A stretch of DNA of 63,599 bases, the filler included, from Reticulomyxa filosa (lineage: Eukaryota; Protista; Foraminifera): the NCBI GenBank assembly GCA_000512085.1. It is 24 parts of 24 records of this genome, joined end to end, with 100 filler letters (N's around TTAATTAATTAA, not from the genome) between each part and the next. Parts side by side here need not be neighbours in the genome. Positions count along the whole stretch, not along the records: positions 37,534 to 40,181 come from ASPP01013501.1; positions 40,282 to 42,749 come from ASPP01014530.1; positions 42,850 to 44,037 come from ASPP01008417.1; positions 44,138 to 45,700 come from ASPP01000779.1; positions 45,801 to 47,194 come from ASPP01036115.1; positions 47,295 to 55,514 come from ASPP01013481.1; 18 more parts are not named here. One strand, given 5' to 3'. The position numbers were made by a program, and so were the translations under genes. The notes below the pieces were generated by a model. That model did no database searches. It had not been told where the DNA came from and saw only the letters and a list, made by a program, of their open reading frames with translations. Positions 39,475 to 52,565 of the stretch are shown piece by piece; position 1 is the stretch's first letter; the number at the start of each line of letters is the position of its first letter.

Positions 39475-40103
39475 ATGAGTTCAAATAAACAATCAAGTGC
39501 TCAACCTCAATCTCAAGTCCAACCTCAAACGCAAATCCAAGCCCAAGCTCAAGTTCAAGCTCAAGCTCAAACAAGTGGAAGTTCGACCTCGCAAACGCTA
39601 AATACTAATGCACCAGTAAATAACAACGTGCAAACACAAAACGCCAAGAAATCTACCACGACAAATGTGAACAACTCGGCTGCCATTAGTTCTGGAATCA
39701 TCAACATCAGTGGGTCAATATCTCAATCATCAACCAACCCACAAACCAACCCTTCCCAAACAGTACCGCAGACACAGCCCACACAACCAGCAAAGAACAT
39801 TAAAGCCACCAAGTCGCAACTTGAAGATCTGGTTTGTTTTTACCTTTCTTTTTTTAGTAAAAAAATAAAAATAAAAAGTTCAAATATCTTCTCTCATCGC
39901 CTCCTCCCCCTTTTTTTTTTTAACAAAAAAAAAAAAAAAAAAAATGAAAGAAGCCGAGGAACGGCAAAAGATTTTACAAGAATCGTCAACGAATTTAATC
40001 ATTAACTACATTCCACCTGACATGAACGAGGGGGCTTTGGGAACCTTATTTTCTCCATATGGAACCATGCAAAATATCAAAATTGTTGTTGATACACAAA
40101 CTG
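39475..40103 (+). CDS. RRM RNA-binding protein, ELAV/Hu/Sxl-like RRM1, with a Q/S/N-rich N-terminus; 3' truncated
   Basis: ESSTNLIINYIPPDMNEGALGTLFSPYGTMQNIKIVVDTQTG resembles ELAV RRM1 (TNLIVNYLPQ..SLF.SIG.I...K..RDK.TG). Confidence 0.8.
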
Positions 40104-40399
40104 GTTTGTTTTTTTATTTTTTTAAAGTTGGTATTTTTCAATTACGAAAAAACGCGTGTTTTATGAACAAAAAAAAAAAAANNNNNNNNNNNNNNNNNNN
40201 NNNNNNNNNNNNNNNNNNNNNNNNNTTAATTAATTAANNNNNNNNNNNNNNNNNNNNNNNNNNNNNNNNNNNNNNNNNNNNTTTTTTTTTTTTTTTTTCC
40301 TTTTTTTTTTTTTTTTTTTTTTTGTCAAAGTAAATAATGCATTCATTCATTGCTTTAGTTGATTAGTTTAATTTTGCAAAAAAAAAAAAAAAAAAATTA

Positions 40400-42690
40400 T
40401 TGTTTTATTTCTGAAGCGATACGTTAGTGGCAGTATTCCATAGCAAAGTTAACATGACAATCAATCCTTTGCCTTCCATTTTGTCGTTGCTACACATAGG
40501 CTCAATAGTATCGATAATGCTTTGTCTGTCTTTCCATCTGTTTAATTTCAATTTTTGAATTTTTTAAAAAAAAAAAAAAAAAAAAAAATCTTGTTGTTTT
40601 ATTCTTTTGCGAAGAGGGATTTAAAATAAAAAAAAAAAATGATATGTTTACAAACATTATGTGTACATATATGTATAGCCGTGTGCACAGAACACATAAC
40701 ATGGCCTTTTGATATTGCATAAAGTGCACAAATTCAGTCATGGTAGTCGACGTGTGAGAAACCAAGTTTTGAAAATTCGTGGTTTGAAAGCCTTTCAACA
40801 TCCTGTCGGCGATAACAGCAAAGTCGTTGACACACAGTTGGAGTGCATGGATGAATTTGTTCCAGTCATCAAATTGGGTTTGAAACAAGGATTGGAAGAC
40901 AAGCCAGCATTTTTCTATTTTCCACAAGTGTGTCCATGGATTCAATTTGTCCTTGTCGCAGTGATTGATGTCCAGCAATACGTCCATCACGCCTTTGGTC
41001 AGACTCGTGTGCTTGCCGTCACACCACAAAAAGTCCAGCAAATGGTTTTCAATTCGAATGGTCGGAGAAAAGTCAGGATTCTTTCGCAAGTGTAAGTCTG
41101 TGATGAGGACCTCGATAAAGTCTGCTTCAGTCATCGACTGCACGTGGCTGGCTTGCACGTGTATTTTTTGCAAAAACTGATCAGCACGAGAGGTCTTTTG
41201 CTTCTGCAAGGACTTGGAGAATGCCAAGTAATTGAAACATGGAATCAACATAAACTTATCCGACGCCGAGAAGTTCACTTTGTTTCTGCCACTGTACATC
41301 CCAAACGACTTTGTGTCGTCAAACGATACGAGATTGTGAAACAGCGTATCGATGACTGGCTGTGAAAGCTGTTCCGGGGATCGGTTTTTTGCTATCTTGT
41401 TCACTGTCACAAATAACTGCTTTGGAGATAACCATTTTCCTTCTTTGCTCAGAGTACATGCAAATAAAGCTTGATAAACCTATATACAATTCAAATTATA
41501 TATATGTACATATACATATATGTACATATATGTATGTATATGTATATAATGACCATACGTTTTGTATCGTTGGATTGAGATGATCTAAATTTGAAAGCGT
41601 ATTATTCAACACGGTTTTAGTCTCCGTCGATTCGGATTGCAGCTGTGATTTGAGATCTTTGAAAACAGAGGTCACAAAACAAAATGAGTCTTCGTCCTTG
41701 ACTTCGGTCATGAGATGTTCCAGTATTATGGCGCTGTAGTTTTTCGACCCAGACAAACTCATCAACGTCTTTTCTTCGATAATGATGGCGTTGAGAGCGT
41801 TGTAGATGTCCACGTCCATGATCCTTTTTTTACGAGAGAATATGCTACAAAACGAGTTGTCGCTGGCAGACACTTGGAAATCGCTCCAATATAGCCAAGG
41901 AATGTCTTTTTTTACCAGTTGTAGTCTAAAGCTCTTTTCTTGTTGTCGTTTGTATATATATATATTTGTATATATGGTACTCCATTTTCTATTAAAACTA
42001 CGTATATGTAAATATACGTATAAGCATGTATGTGGTATACACATGGGGGGGGGGGGGGGGGAAAAAAAAATGAATTGTGAGAAAATGTGAAATAACCTTC
42101 GATAATGCTTGGAAAAGAGATAGCACGAGTGCGTCTCTGTTTGTGTTTGGTGCACTTTGGACAATAGAGATAAATGCGCCGACGCTTGACAGTACGGGCG
42201 TTTTGTTGCGATACAATGCAATGAAAGGTACTGGAAGTGTCAAGTTCGTTGGATGGAGGGAAGGCTTCGAGCAGTTTCAATTCGGATTGCAAAGCGTCCC
42301 AATCCTCGTCGCTTTCGTACTTTTCGTGAAAGTGCTGAATTAACTTTTGTAGCGTCTTGATGACGGAGAAGATGTGCTCGTCATTGCGATGAGTGGTAGT
42401 AGGCGACGTTACGTCAAGGTTTATAACAGTTTGGCTAATAAGTTCTGCTGACACTTGGCACTTTTCGAGAATACACGCGTGGATTACGTGTTTGATCGCT
42501 TCCAATGTGATCTGCACTTTCATCCATTGCAATTTGTTTGCGCTTTTGTCATCCAAAGAGTTACTGCACCATTGCTTGGCGTAGCGATCGGCCAGCTCGG
42601 ACACGTTTGTGTCTCTCCACTTGTCCCAGTCCATCTTTTTCTCTGCATTGTCACATGAAACATGGTACTTTCGATATGATGTTTCAAGTC
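40400..42690 (-). CDS. Internal multi-exon fragment of a large alpha-helical hypothetical protein
   Basis: Long GC-elevated exons (ORFs 41912-42634, 41496-42221, 40502-41410) separated by AT-rich introns. No family recognised. Confidence 0.6.
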
Positions 42691-44138
42691 ATCTTTGTGT
42701 AGTTGGAACCGAAAGGGTTTGAATTCCGGGTTTTTAAAAAACCCGGAATNNNNNNNNNNNNNNNNNNNNNNNNNNNNNNNNNNNNNNNNNNNNTTAATTA
42801 ATTAANNNNNNNNNNNNNNNNNNNNNNNNNNNNNNNNNNNNNNNNNNNNTAACTTTCTTTTACTGAAATTACTCTCTTGGAACTAAGTCCCTTTCGTATT
42901 ACACTTAATCTTTCACAAGTCCCACAAAACAAGACTTAGAAAATAGTGTCTAAATCAAAAGATCAAGATTTGATAAATGCAATACAATGATAAGCTTGCT
43001 TTGGCTCAAAAGGGGTGTTGGTCATATCTGCAAGATAAATAATGAAATTAATCATAAAACTTATAATGAAATATTAAGATATGACATGAACAGTGTGTTT
43101 TATTGTTTAGATTATAAAAAAGACAGTTAATTTTAATATATCAATACTTTCACAAAACTCAAAACAAAAATAAAAATTAAAAAACTACATTAAATAAAAT
43201 TTCAAAGCTAAATTTAATTTCACAAAAATTCAATAAGTTGAATTTTACTTGTCGAATTTTTTAAAAACTACTAAAGGTACAGTGCTAATTTTTAAAAAGT
43301 ATCGACGTGACTTGAATATGCTTAAAAAAAGAAATAATAAAATTTGATAATTTCATTTTGGTAATACATATTTGGTTTATATGTATTCTTGTGAAATTTT
43401 GAAAAATCATATGAAAAACGATGCTTTTGACCAATATAAAAAAAGTTGTCAGAAAACCAATTTCATATTTCAAAACTACAAAATTTGTATATATTTAAAA
43501 AAGATTAGTGTTAAATTTTTATTTTTCATAAAGAAAATCTATTCTCTTCATATGGGCACTATTTAGGCAAAGCAGTTTTTTGCAATCTATTGTATGTAAA
43601 AAGAAATTTAATTTTGTTGGAAGCAATCTTTTAAATTGTAAAACCATTCTGACAGTTCTTACGACTTGTATACTGGTTTTTCTCTTTGTGTTATATACTA
43701 TTTGTTAACGTGCAATTTGAGTTCACGAAGATAAAGCTGAAAAATGTACTAGTTTTGGGATAATTACTTATGTGAATTAACTCTGATTAGCAAAGTGTGA
43801 TACCAAATATCAAGCAATCAGATGAAATCAAGGAATTACCTGACAAACAAAAAGAAAACTTTGTGTTCTCTTCCTATTTTGTGTCCATCCTTCCAAATGC
43901 ATATTTATTTTCACAATTTTTTCTTGAGTTTCGCTCCTCCCAAATGACAAAAACAAAACACAAAAAAAAAAACAATCCTGTTTAGACAAAGAAAAAGTTT
44001 GGTGACATCGTTGCAAAATCAACAGCAACAAAAAAAANNNNNNNNNNNNNNNNNNNNNNNNNNNNNNNNNNNNNNNNNNNNTTAATTAATTAANNNNNNN
44101 NNNNNNNNNNNNNNNNNNNNNNNNNNNNNNNNNNNNNA

Positions 44139-44230
44139 ATTAAATAAGGCGGCGCCCCAGGAACATCGTGACGCCGCCCAATTTAATCTTTTCTTTTTGA
44201 TTTTGTCTTATTTGCTTTTTTTTTTTAAAA
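44139..44230. repeat. GC-rich foldback palindrome, copy 1 (5' part cut by contig edge)
   Basis: attaaat-aa-GGCGGCG-(17 nt)-CGCCGCC-ca-atttaat followed by ttctttttgattttgtctt, the same flank as copy 2. Confidence 0.7.
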
Positions 44231-45519
44231 CGCCACTTGGTTGGGCTGTGTGATATTTAGCCTTGGAGACTGTAATGGGGGATGAACGAAGAATGAATGG
44301 GTTATAAAAGGACCTAAGTATTGATAACAAAATTAAAATGCAGAGTGTTTTTTCGAAACAATAATTATTTTTAATAACTTAATGCAAACTGATAACGTTG
44401 TATCATACAATACTGACAAATATACTCTATTATTCTCTTTATAAAAAAAAGAAACCAAATCTCTTGCAAGAAAACATACATTGAATTGAATATGACAATT
44501 TACACGTACATAAAAATTTGAAAAAAGGCAAAGTGACATACATTTTTTTTTGTTTAAAAAAAGATAATATTTTCAATACCTGAAGACTTGTACTGCCGAA
44601 ATTACATTTATTTTTAAAAAAAACCAAAAAAGAGAAAAATTGAATCACGAATAATGCATCAATCTAATTTTTTGTGTAATTCTCTTGGTAGTCTGGTAAA
44701 AGGTCAATTTATCGATACCACAACAAATAATTTTTTCGCTTTGAGTTTGTATTATATTCTGAAAAGTGGTCAATTGAATGAATCAAAAAAATTAGCTACT
44801 TTCTAATACGCTTGTACAATTGTTGCAAGAATTAATTGAAAAAGTTTTAGCATAACGTGCAAAGCAAATATATTACGAGTCAGCTCATGAATGACTATCA
44901 GCTAAATACACAAATTCCTTCTTCCGCGTGGAGCATTGCTGTCTCCATTTGGAAGAGAAAGATTAGCTGAAACAAATATGCTACATTTTATTGCCATTGC
45001 ATCAAGTGCAAAACAATAGAACTACGGACAAGGTCCAAATTTTTGAAAAAAGCAGTAAGTTTCAAATCAAAGCACTAAACAAATGCTAGTGCATGCCAAA
45101 TTCAATAAAATAAAAAAAATAATCGATTGTTATAAGCTACTTATTGTTTAAACTATCAAGAATTTAATGCTGAAAGTGCAAGCTCAAATACAACGCTATA
45201 ATTGCAATTAAAAACAACATTATATGCTACATAAGATCAGTTATTAGTCCGCACCTGGTCTGTCAATTGCATTCAAGCAAATTTGCGCTCAGAGCAATTA
45301 AAAAAATGTAAAGACTTACTGTTGTCCATAAAAAAAAAAATGCTGCAAAACTTGAAACACATGGTAAAACCAATTTGAGCAATACCGTTGATTGATCTAA
45401 GCTGCATATTTGTGCAAACGTAAGTGTTAAAAAATAAAGTAAAAATGAAAATGATACAATACTAAAAAATTAATAAAATATCAAATTAGATTAATGTCAA
45501 AACTAAAGCAGCAACATTT

Positions 45520-45635
45520 AAAAAAAAAAAAAAAGGGAAAAGCGAAAAAGAAAATGTTTGATTCAGGCGGCGCCCACTGGCGCCGCCTGAAATAAACAAT
45601 TTCTTTTTGCTTTTGTCTTCTTTTTTTTTTTTTTT
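45520..45635. repeat. GC-rich foldback palindrome, copy 2 (~110-nt imperfect hairpin)
   Basis: Perfect 13-bp stem TTCAGGCGGCGCC-cact-GGCGCCGCCTGAA (45562-45591). Pairing extends through aaaagcgaaaaagaaaatgttt / aaacaatttctttttgctttt to flanking poly-A and poly-T. Confidence 0.85.
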
Positions 45636-45800
45636 ACACCTTAAAAAAAAGTTGGATAGTAAATATCCTTTTCACCTTGGAAAGAGAATGAAAAGTATCT
45701 NNNNNNNNNNNNNNNNNNNNNNNNNNNNNNNNNNNNNNNNNNNNTTAATTAATTAANNNNNNNNNNNNNNNNNNNNNNNNNNNNNNNNNNNNNNNNNNNN

Positions 45801-47194
45801 CCCAAAGTATTGTGAACAATGAGAACAATTAATTTGTCATGTTTAGTTTCCTCCTCGTCATAATACAAAGAATAAGCGGTTTCAAGGATGCACTTAGTTT
45901 GGAAAAATTGTGTCAAATCTTCGCTTTTGTGCTGATATTGCAAAATAAATTGGTCTTTACTGGTACTTTCAAAAAATTCTTTCACATCTTTTTCCAAATG
46001 ATTCACTTTCATGTATTCACTGACACGCTTACTACGCCATTTTCGCTGAAAGGCATTGCATTCCAAGTCGCAGGTCAGAATTAACAACATTTCTTTATTG
46101 GAATTTTTCTTTGAAGCCTTCAAAACTTGTTCCTGGATATATGCATTTGTTGTTGGATAAAACATACAACTACTTCTTTTACATACATGAATTTATCACA
46201 CTTACAAAAATGAGTCTTAACAAATGTCATAAACGTTTGGTCAACGCTGTCCAAATCGAGCGACGATTTTATTACCAAATCCACAATTTTGGCTGGATGT
46301 CGCAGTGAAGAGAATAATTCCAACAATTGCTTCGTATCGTCTTGTTTTGAATCTTCAGCTTGATTATCACTTATCGAGTCTAGTTGCTGTTGTGGGTGTA
46401 TATAAGTAATGGCCGAAGGAATAGTGTCCGAATTATATCCGCAAAACAACTCAGATAATTCGCTTTCTTTGGAAAGGCGATATAACGTAATCAAATACTT
46501 TTTAAAGTCTTCTGCCTTTTTAGCATTAGTTGACAATGATCCGACATGAGAAAGGCATTGTCTTTCGAAGCGTCCAAAGAATGCTTTTTGCATCTTATCA
46601 TAGATGACAATCAATCAAAAAAAATTTTTTTTTTGAAGAAAATTTTTTTTTAATGCTTAACTGGATTCTGCATGTCTTGCTCGGAAACAATGACAATACA
46701 TTTAAACCTCTCTAAAACAATGCATTCTTTGCTCCGGCTCTCCATTGCCACCCGACAAAATTGCTGTTCTATATAAGTGTAAATATCAATAAATGTGTGC
46801 ATGGATATAATTGTAAAAAAAAACAAAAAAATGCACACTTTGAGCATTTTTACGATATCTTTGATCAAGCATGTCGTAAAGACATTCGTAGATCGACTTC
46901 AAATTGTATAAAACAACTTTTTTCCCAGCTTCCATGCAATGGATGACTTTGTGCAAATGGTCATAGCTTGTCATTGTAACCGTGTCTGATGCAAATTTAC
47001 TCTCAAATAGAAATACAGTATCCTCGTATGGTAATAGATTTTGATCCAACAACAATTGCCACGAGTATGGTTTATTACATATCACCAGACAGTGCCTGCA
47101 ATCTTCATCTTTGAGATTCATTTCGATACATTTCAACGACCCCCAACAGTTCATTAAGTTCAATGTTTCCTTTCCTATTTCTGGTTTTAATATC
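45801..47194 (-). CDS. RNF213/mysterin-like dynein-related AAA+ protein, internal fragment
   Basis: CRHCLVI..FLFESKFASD..LHKVIHCMEAGKKVVLYNLKSIYECLYDMLDQRY..FCRVAM..ECIVLERFKCIVIV..AFFGRFERQCL..LFCGYNSDTIPS follows the RNF213 AAA-region motif order (RVKICMETGK.V.LLNL.NLYESLYDALNQYY..CRVH..FRLIVI..LINRLEKH..FIGYHSD). Confidence 0.82.
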
Positions 47195-47364
47195 NNNNNN
47201 NNNNNNNNNNNNNNNNNNNNNNNNNNNNNNNNNNNNNNTTAATTAATTAANNNNNNNNNNNNNNNNNNNNNNNNNNNNNNNNNNNNNNNNNNNNACAAAT
47301 ATATACATAATGTATATACGTATGATTTTTTTGTTTGTTTGTTTGTTTGTTAAATTTCATATAG

Positions 47365-50037
47365 ACAAAGCCGTGATGAAATAGAAGCAGAGAAAAAAAC
47401 ATTGGCGGAAAATCTGACGCAAATGTCTCATCAAACTGACGAATTACGAAGTGAATTGGAAAAAGAAAAAAGCACGGTCCAAGCGTTCGAACAGGAGTTG
47501 AAGAAAGTGGTGGACTGCAGTCAGGAACACGAGCGCAAGAAAGACGACTACCGCCACCAACTCGAAACAGTGAATAACAATCTCCAAACATGGAAGATGG
47601 AAAGCGATCGGCTGAAACAGATTCAAATAAAAAAAGACAAGGAATATAAAGATGAAAAGACGAACTTGGAAAACACTATTTTGTCGCTCAAGTCCGAATT
47701 GGAACAGGTTAACCTCAAATTGACCGAAGCCAGAGACCAAATTCAAATGTTTGAAACCGACAAAATTGACATGCAACGTCGTTTGACATGTTCGGAAAGC
47801 AATTGCACCAAACAAACCAAACAAAACGAAGAATTGCAACAGCAACTCCGAGAAAAGAGATTCAAAATCAATCAAATGGAACATTCTTTGCAATCCAAAG
47901 AAACCAAAATGGAGTCACTCCGACAAGATTTGCAAAAAGCACAACAACAAGTATTCCAATATATAAAAAAAAAAAATATATAATATATATGTATATACGT
48001 ATATAATCCATATACATGTACATATATATATGTATGTCTAATTTTGAAAGATTTCCGAGTTGGAAAGCAACGAGAAAAAATTACAAAATGAATTATCCAT
48101 TACAAAAGCAAGCTTGGAGTCGACTGAAAGAGATCTTCATTCCTTGCAACAGTTTTGAATTGTCTGTTTTTTTCAGAACTGCGTGACAATTTAGTCCTCA
48201 CCTTTTGTTTTATCTTACAAAAAATTAATAATAATAATAATAATAATAATCACTAGACAACATGCCGAACTGTCAGAACAGAAAGCCCACTTACAGCAAA
48301 AATTCACAGATATGGTTGGGGAAAATGGATCATTGAAGAACGACATTGCAAGCCTGCAAGAGCAATTGCAAATACTGAAAACCCAATCAGTTCTTTTTTT
48401 TTTTTTTTATTATCTTTCGGCAAAGGTTGAAATTGGAGGAGAAAGGGGGGAGGGGGGGGAGATATACGTATATCGAACAGAGCATTGTCATTTGTTTGTA
48501 TATGTGTGTGTGGGGGAAATCAAGGAAGAAACTGAAAAACAACTGCAACAAGCACTTGCCGCTTGCCATCGCGAAGAAAGAGCTCGTGAACAGTTGGAAG
48601 CTCAATTGGAAATGTTTGGCAAAGAGCTGGAATTGAAGAGAAGCGAATTGAGCGTCTTGGAAAAATTGCATGAAGAGCTTAATCAAAGATATTCCGAATT
48701 GTGTGGCAAATATGAAAACACATGCACTGAATTGCAAACTCTGCAACAGCGTCTTGATTTCCTCCAACAAAAATGTGCCAGCTTTGAAATTGACAGTTTC
48801 GAACATTCTAATTTTTTTTTTTTAAAAAAAAAAATTTTGAAATAAAATAAAAATAAAAAAAACCAGTAAGAGAAAAGACGCAACAAAACCAGTTACAAAA
48901 AGAGGACATTGAGCGATTAACAACGGAATATAAAACACTTCAAAGTGGGCACAACTCGGTCAAAGAACAACTCGCTGTTGCGCAACACGAATTGACAGAA
49001 TGGCAAGCCAAAGTCAAGAGCTTGGAAACACAAGTAACGGGCTTTGTGTACACAAAATTCGGAATTAAAACGAAACGATTACACTTTGAATACACAAATA
49101 AATAGGTGAATGAAGAATCGACGAAATATCGAGAGCTGTTCTTTGAACATCAAAAACTTCAAAACCAAGTATCAAACGCTCAATTCTGGAGTTCCAATGG
49201 CGGTGTCGAACAGGTAATGCATGTTTGTCTTGACGCTTGAGAAATAATGCAAACTTGTTTTGTAAATTGTAATACATAAACCTTAGAAAGCGGCAGAAAA
49301 TGAAGAAATGTTGCAAAAAGTGGCAGTTAAGAAAAACGCTAATCCTTTTTAATTTATTTTTTTGTGGTTCTTTTTTTTTTTTTTTTTGCAATTTGGTGCA
49401 TCCGACAATGCATAGAAAATGCAAGCCGAAATTGAAACAAAAGCAAGCAAGATACTCCGAATGAAAAAGATCAATCAAGATTGGAGTGATGCGTACGCGC
49501 AATTGGAAAAACACTATCGCAATTCACAAAATCAACTCAAAACTGTCATTGAGGATTATGAAAAAGTTAGCAAAGAATTGCAACGAATCAAGTCTCCCCA
49601 GATGTTGGATAACATTACTAAAGTTTCGTTTGTGTCTGATTTTATTTGGGATATGATTGCTCTGTTTTTTTGTGTTTGTGTTTTCATAGCAATTTCGTCA
49701 ATTCCATGAAGAAGAAAACAAAAAACGAATTGAAAGCTATGTTTCAACAGAAACGCAGACAATCGAATCCCATTTTTATGCACGTAACAAAGCAAATGGT
49801 GCATCCAACTTATGGAAAGCCAAAAATGCCAATGAAAATGAACCCAATGTCTGTAAAAATATCACAAACCAATGTGACAATCAAAAAAATATTGGCATTG
49901 AAATATTGCATGATACAAGCGTGCAGGTCCTGCAGCCTATTCCAAAAAAGCCAAAGTAATTCTTTTTTTTTTTGTTTGTTGAAGGAAGGAGAGGAAAATG
50001 TCTTGCTTCTGAGTCAAGGGAGCACAAGTCTGATTGA
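47365..50037 (+). CDS. Long multi-exon coiled-coil protein, 5' truncated
   Basis: Many E/Q/K/L heptad exons bounded by GT-AG introns. The last exon reads GKCLASESREHKSD with TGA at 50035-50037. Confidence 0.75.
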
Positions 50038-52565
50038 ATTTGGTTCGATTTGTCTTTTCTATTCGGTGGAGGTCTATTTTCCTAAGTGGTTGTTTATTTT
50101 TATGTTCAACTATTTAACTTTTTATGAAATATTCATGATAGTCTCAATTCTCGTAGCTATGCATTTTTTTCTGTCGTGCAAGAACCAAAACATAATGAAA
50201 ATAAGTTAGTAAAGTTCTGTTGTCAATGTGAATGAAAGAAGTTCACAATGTAAATCATTTTCTTCAATAACTCGTATCAAATGTATTGTAGGACATATTT
50301 TTTGTTTTACAGACATTTTAAAAAATATAATGATATATTGCATATACAACGACACCCCTTTTTTAAAACTTGTGGCTTGGCCTTATCTTCATGTTAAAAC
50401 TGATCTCTGCACAAGAACATAGCAAAGAAAACAACAAGTTAACGAGATGAAGATTTGGCGATACTACAAAAAAGCTGGTCATGTGACGAATGCAAAGTCA
50501 TTGAACTTTTTAGTTGTAAAACGAACAATAACAAAATTATAACAACAGTACATTTTTATCAAAAACTAAATGCTCTTGAAAGCAAACATTAAAGAAATAT
50601 ATTTACAAGATTATTGTATATACTATCAAAAACTTGGAAAAAGACAATTTCCGACACATTGCAAGGCCAAATAATTGTTAAAAAGTTTCATTAACTATAA
50701 GAAAAAATGTATAATTTATTTTGATTGTTTTTATTTTTTTAACTTATACTGTGAAATTTGAGCAAATAGATAACTGATAATAGTTTTATATGACTTTTCC
50801 AATTTGTAAAAATTTTTCCACATATGACTGGATTTAAAAATCATATTAATTATATTCAAACATAATGTAACGATCAAATGAAGCATGTATAGAAACAATC
50901 AAATATAATATGCTAGACGATCCTACTTGACTAAATACTTTTCATGCGACGTCATTTACTTTTGGCTGATCTTTAATTTAACAAATTAAGACTATTTTGA
51001 AGTGAAAGTTTCTTGAAATAATTTATATACATTTGTGACACTTGTTCAAAATGATAACAATAGTTTTTTGTATATTTTTTTCGTTGTAAAAAGTATAATA
51101 TCGAACTTTGTTATTTATTGTGAATTATTTTTTTTGTTTTTTGTAAAAGTTGGTCGAAGTAATTAAGAATAAGCAAAAACGAAATCAAAAGTTGTATATT
51201 TTTTTTATCGATAATCGTAAAAATGTACTATTATTTTTAGTATAGTTTTGCTCAGACTACAATTAGTAACTAGCACTTATTGATACATTTCAACAACAAA
51301 TTAAGTACATTTCACTTTTTTTGTCAGAAACATTTTCATTATTTACTGCAAATCCAATCACAATATCTTATCTTAAATTGAAGTCATATATAATGTTCGC
51401 ATAGCAACTGCATTATTATCACTATTTCATATCAAAGTTTTTCACTTTTCTTACAACAACTTTACATACTTGAATAACTCTCTTAATATCTTCATCGTTG
51501 ATTATATCAATATAACTTTATAATTTTTTATAAACACGCGAAATCTACTACTTTGGTATAAAGTGCAAAATGAAATTAAAATATGTTTGTGTGTAAAAAT
51601 AATGTTATACATAATCTTGTACAACGAAACTGCTTGCCAAAGCAACACTTATAATACAACAATATTAAGCAATAGAATTATTTATTAAAAGACAAAGAAT
51701 TCAACTGACTACAAAATAAAACCCCCCTAAAAAGAGTTTCATAACATTTGTAATTTTATTAATGAAAATTAAATGTTTTCAAAATGCATTTGATTTTTGA
51801 TAAAAATGTGAAATTGAAATAAAGCGTATTATATTTTTATGCGATGTGATTTTTAGCGTTCAAAAGCTTGTGTAACTTTACAAGTAGCGTACCAACATGC
51901 ATGAGTCGGATAGTTAAAAAAGACTCACATCCACAAAGGTTATATTCAGTTCCAGTACGAAAAATACATTACTGGATTACGCATTGTGATTTATTTTTTT
52001 TATTTCATTGCCAAGAAATTTAAAAAATATTATTTTGTGAAAAGAAAGCTTTCTTCTAAGTTTGTCCACAAGACAACATAAAATCCATGCACAATTCCTT
52101 TTCGTGTGGCCACTTTATGTCAACGATCTCGGTACATGCTTTTAAAATGTTTGTTCTTGCAAAGTTTCACATGATATATTCCACGCATTTTTGTGAATAT
52201 TTGAATTTACAAACATAAAGTCTTGTATGCGTGCGCTACCTCTTATATTTCCAAATTGTATATAAGTATTCATTTCTGGTCGATGTTGAATTTGGGATCA
52301 ATTTTTTTGTGACGAAGAAGGGATACATTGTTTTCTTTTTAACAACTACAAAGACGTGAAAAACAAGAGAAAAAAGCATGTATTAAACAAGAAAAAAGTT
52401 ATAGTTTGAGTAAGCACGTCACCAACCATTCAATTTTCAATATTAATAAAATATTAGTATTTTCTTTACTTTCGTTTTAGCATCAAAATAATGTTTGCAC
52501 GTCTTTCCCCTCCTCTCCAAAAAAAGAGAACAACAGGAACAAAGGGGTTTGTGCCAGACATGTCT

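Noticed and set aside
42723-42749. Perfect 13-bp palindrome attccgggttttt-a-aaaaacccggaat
   Set aside because: It sits at the extreme contig end amid base-doubled, low-quality sequence; probably a read-end artefact.
50100-52450. Long ORF-less AT-rich stretches (also 42850-44037, 53700-54700, 55615-56661)
   Set aside because: No repeat, RNA gene or coding signal could be supported by eye; treated as intergenic.
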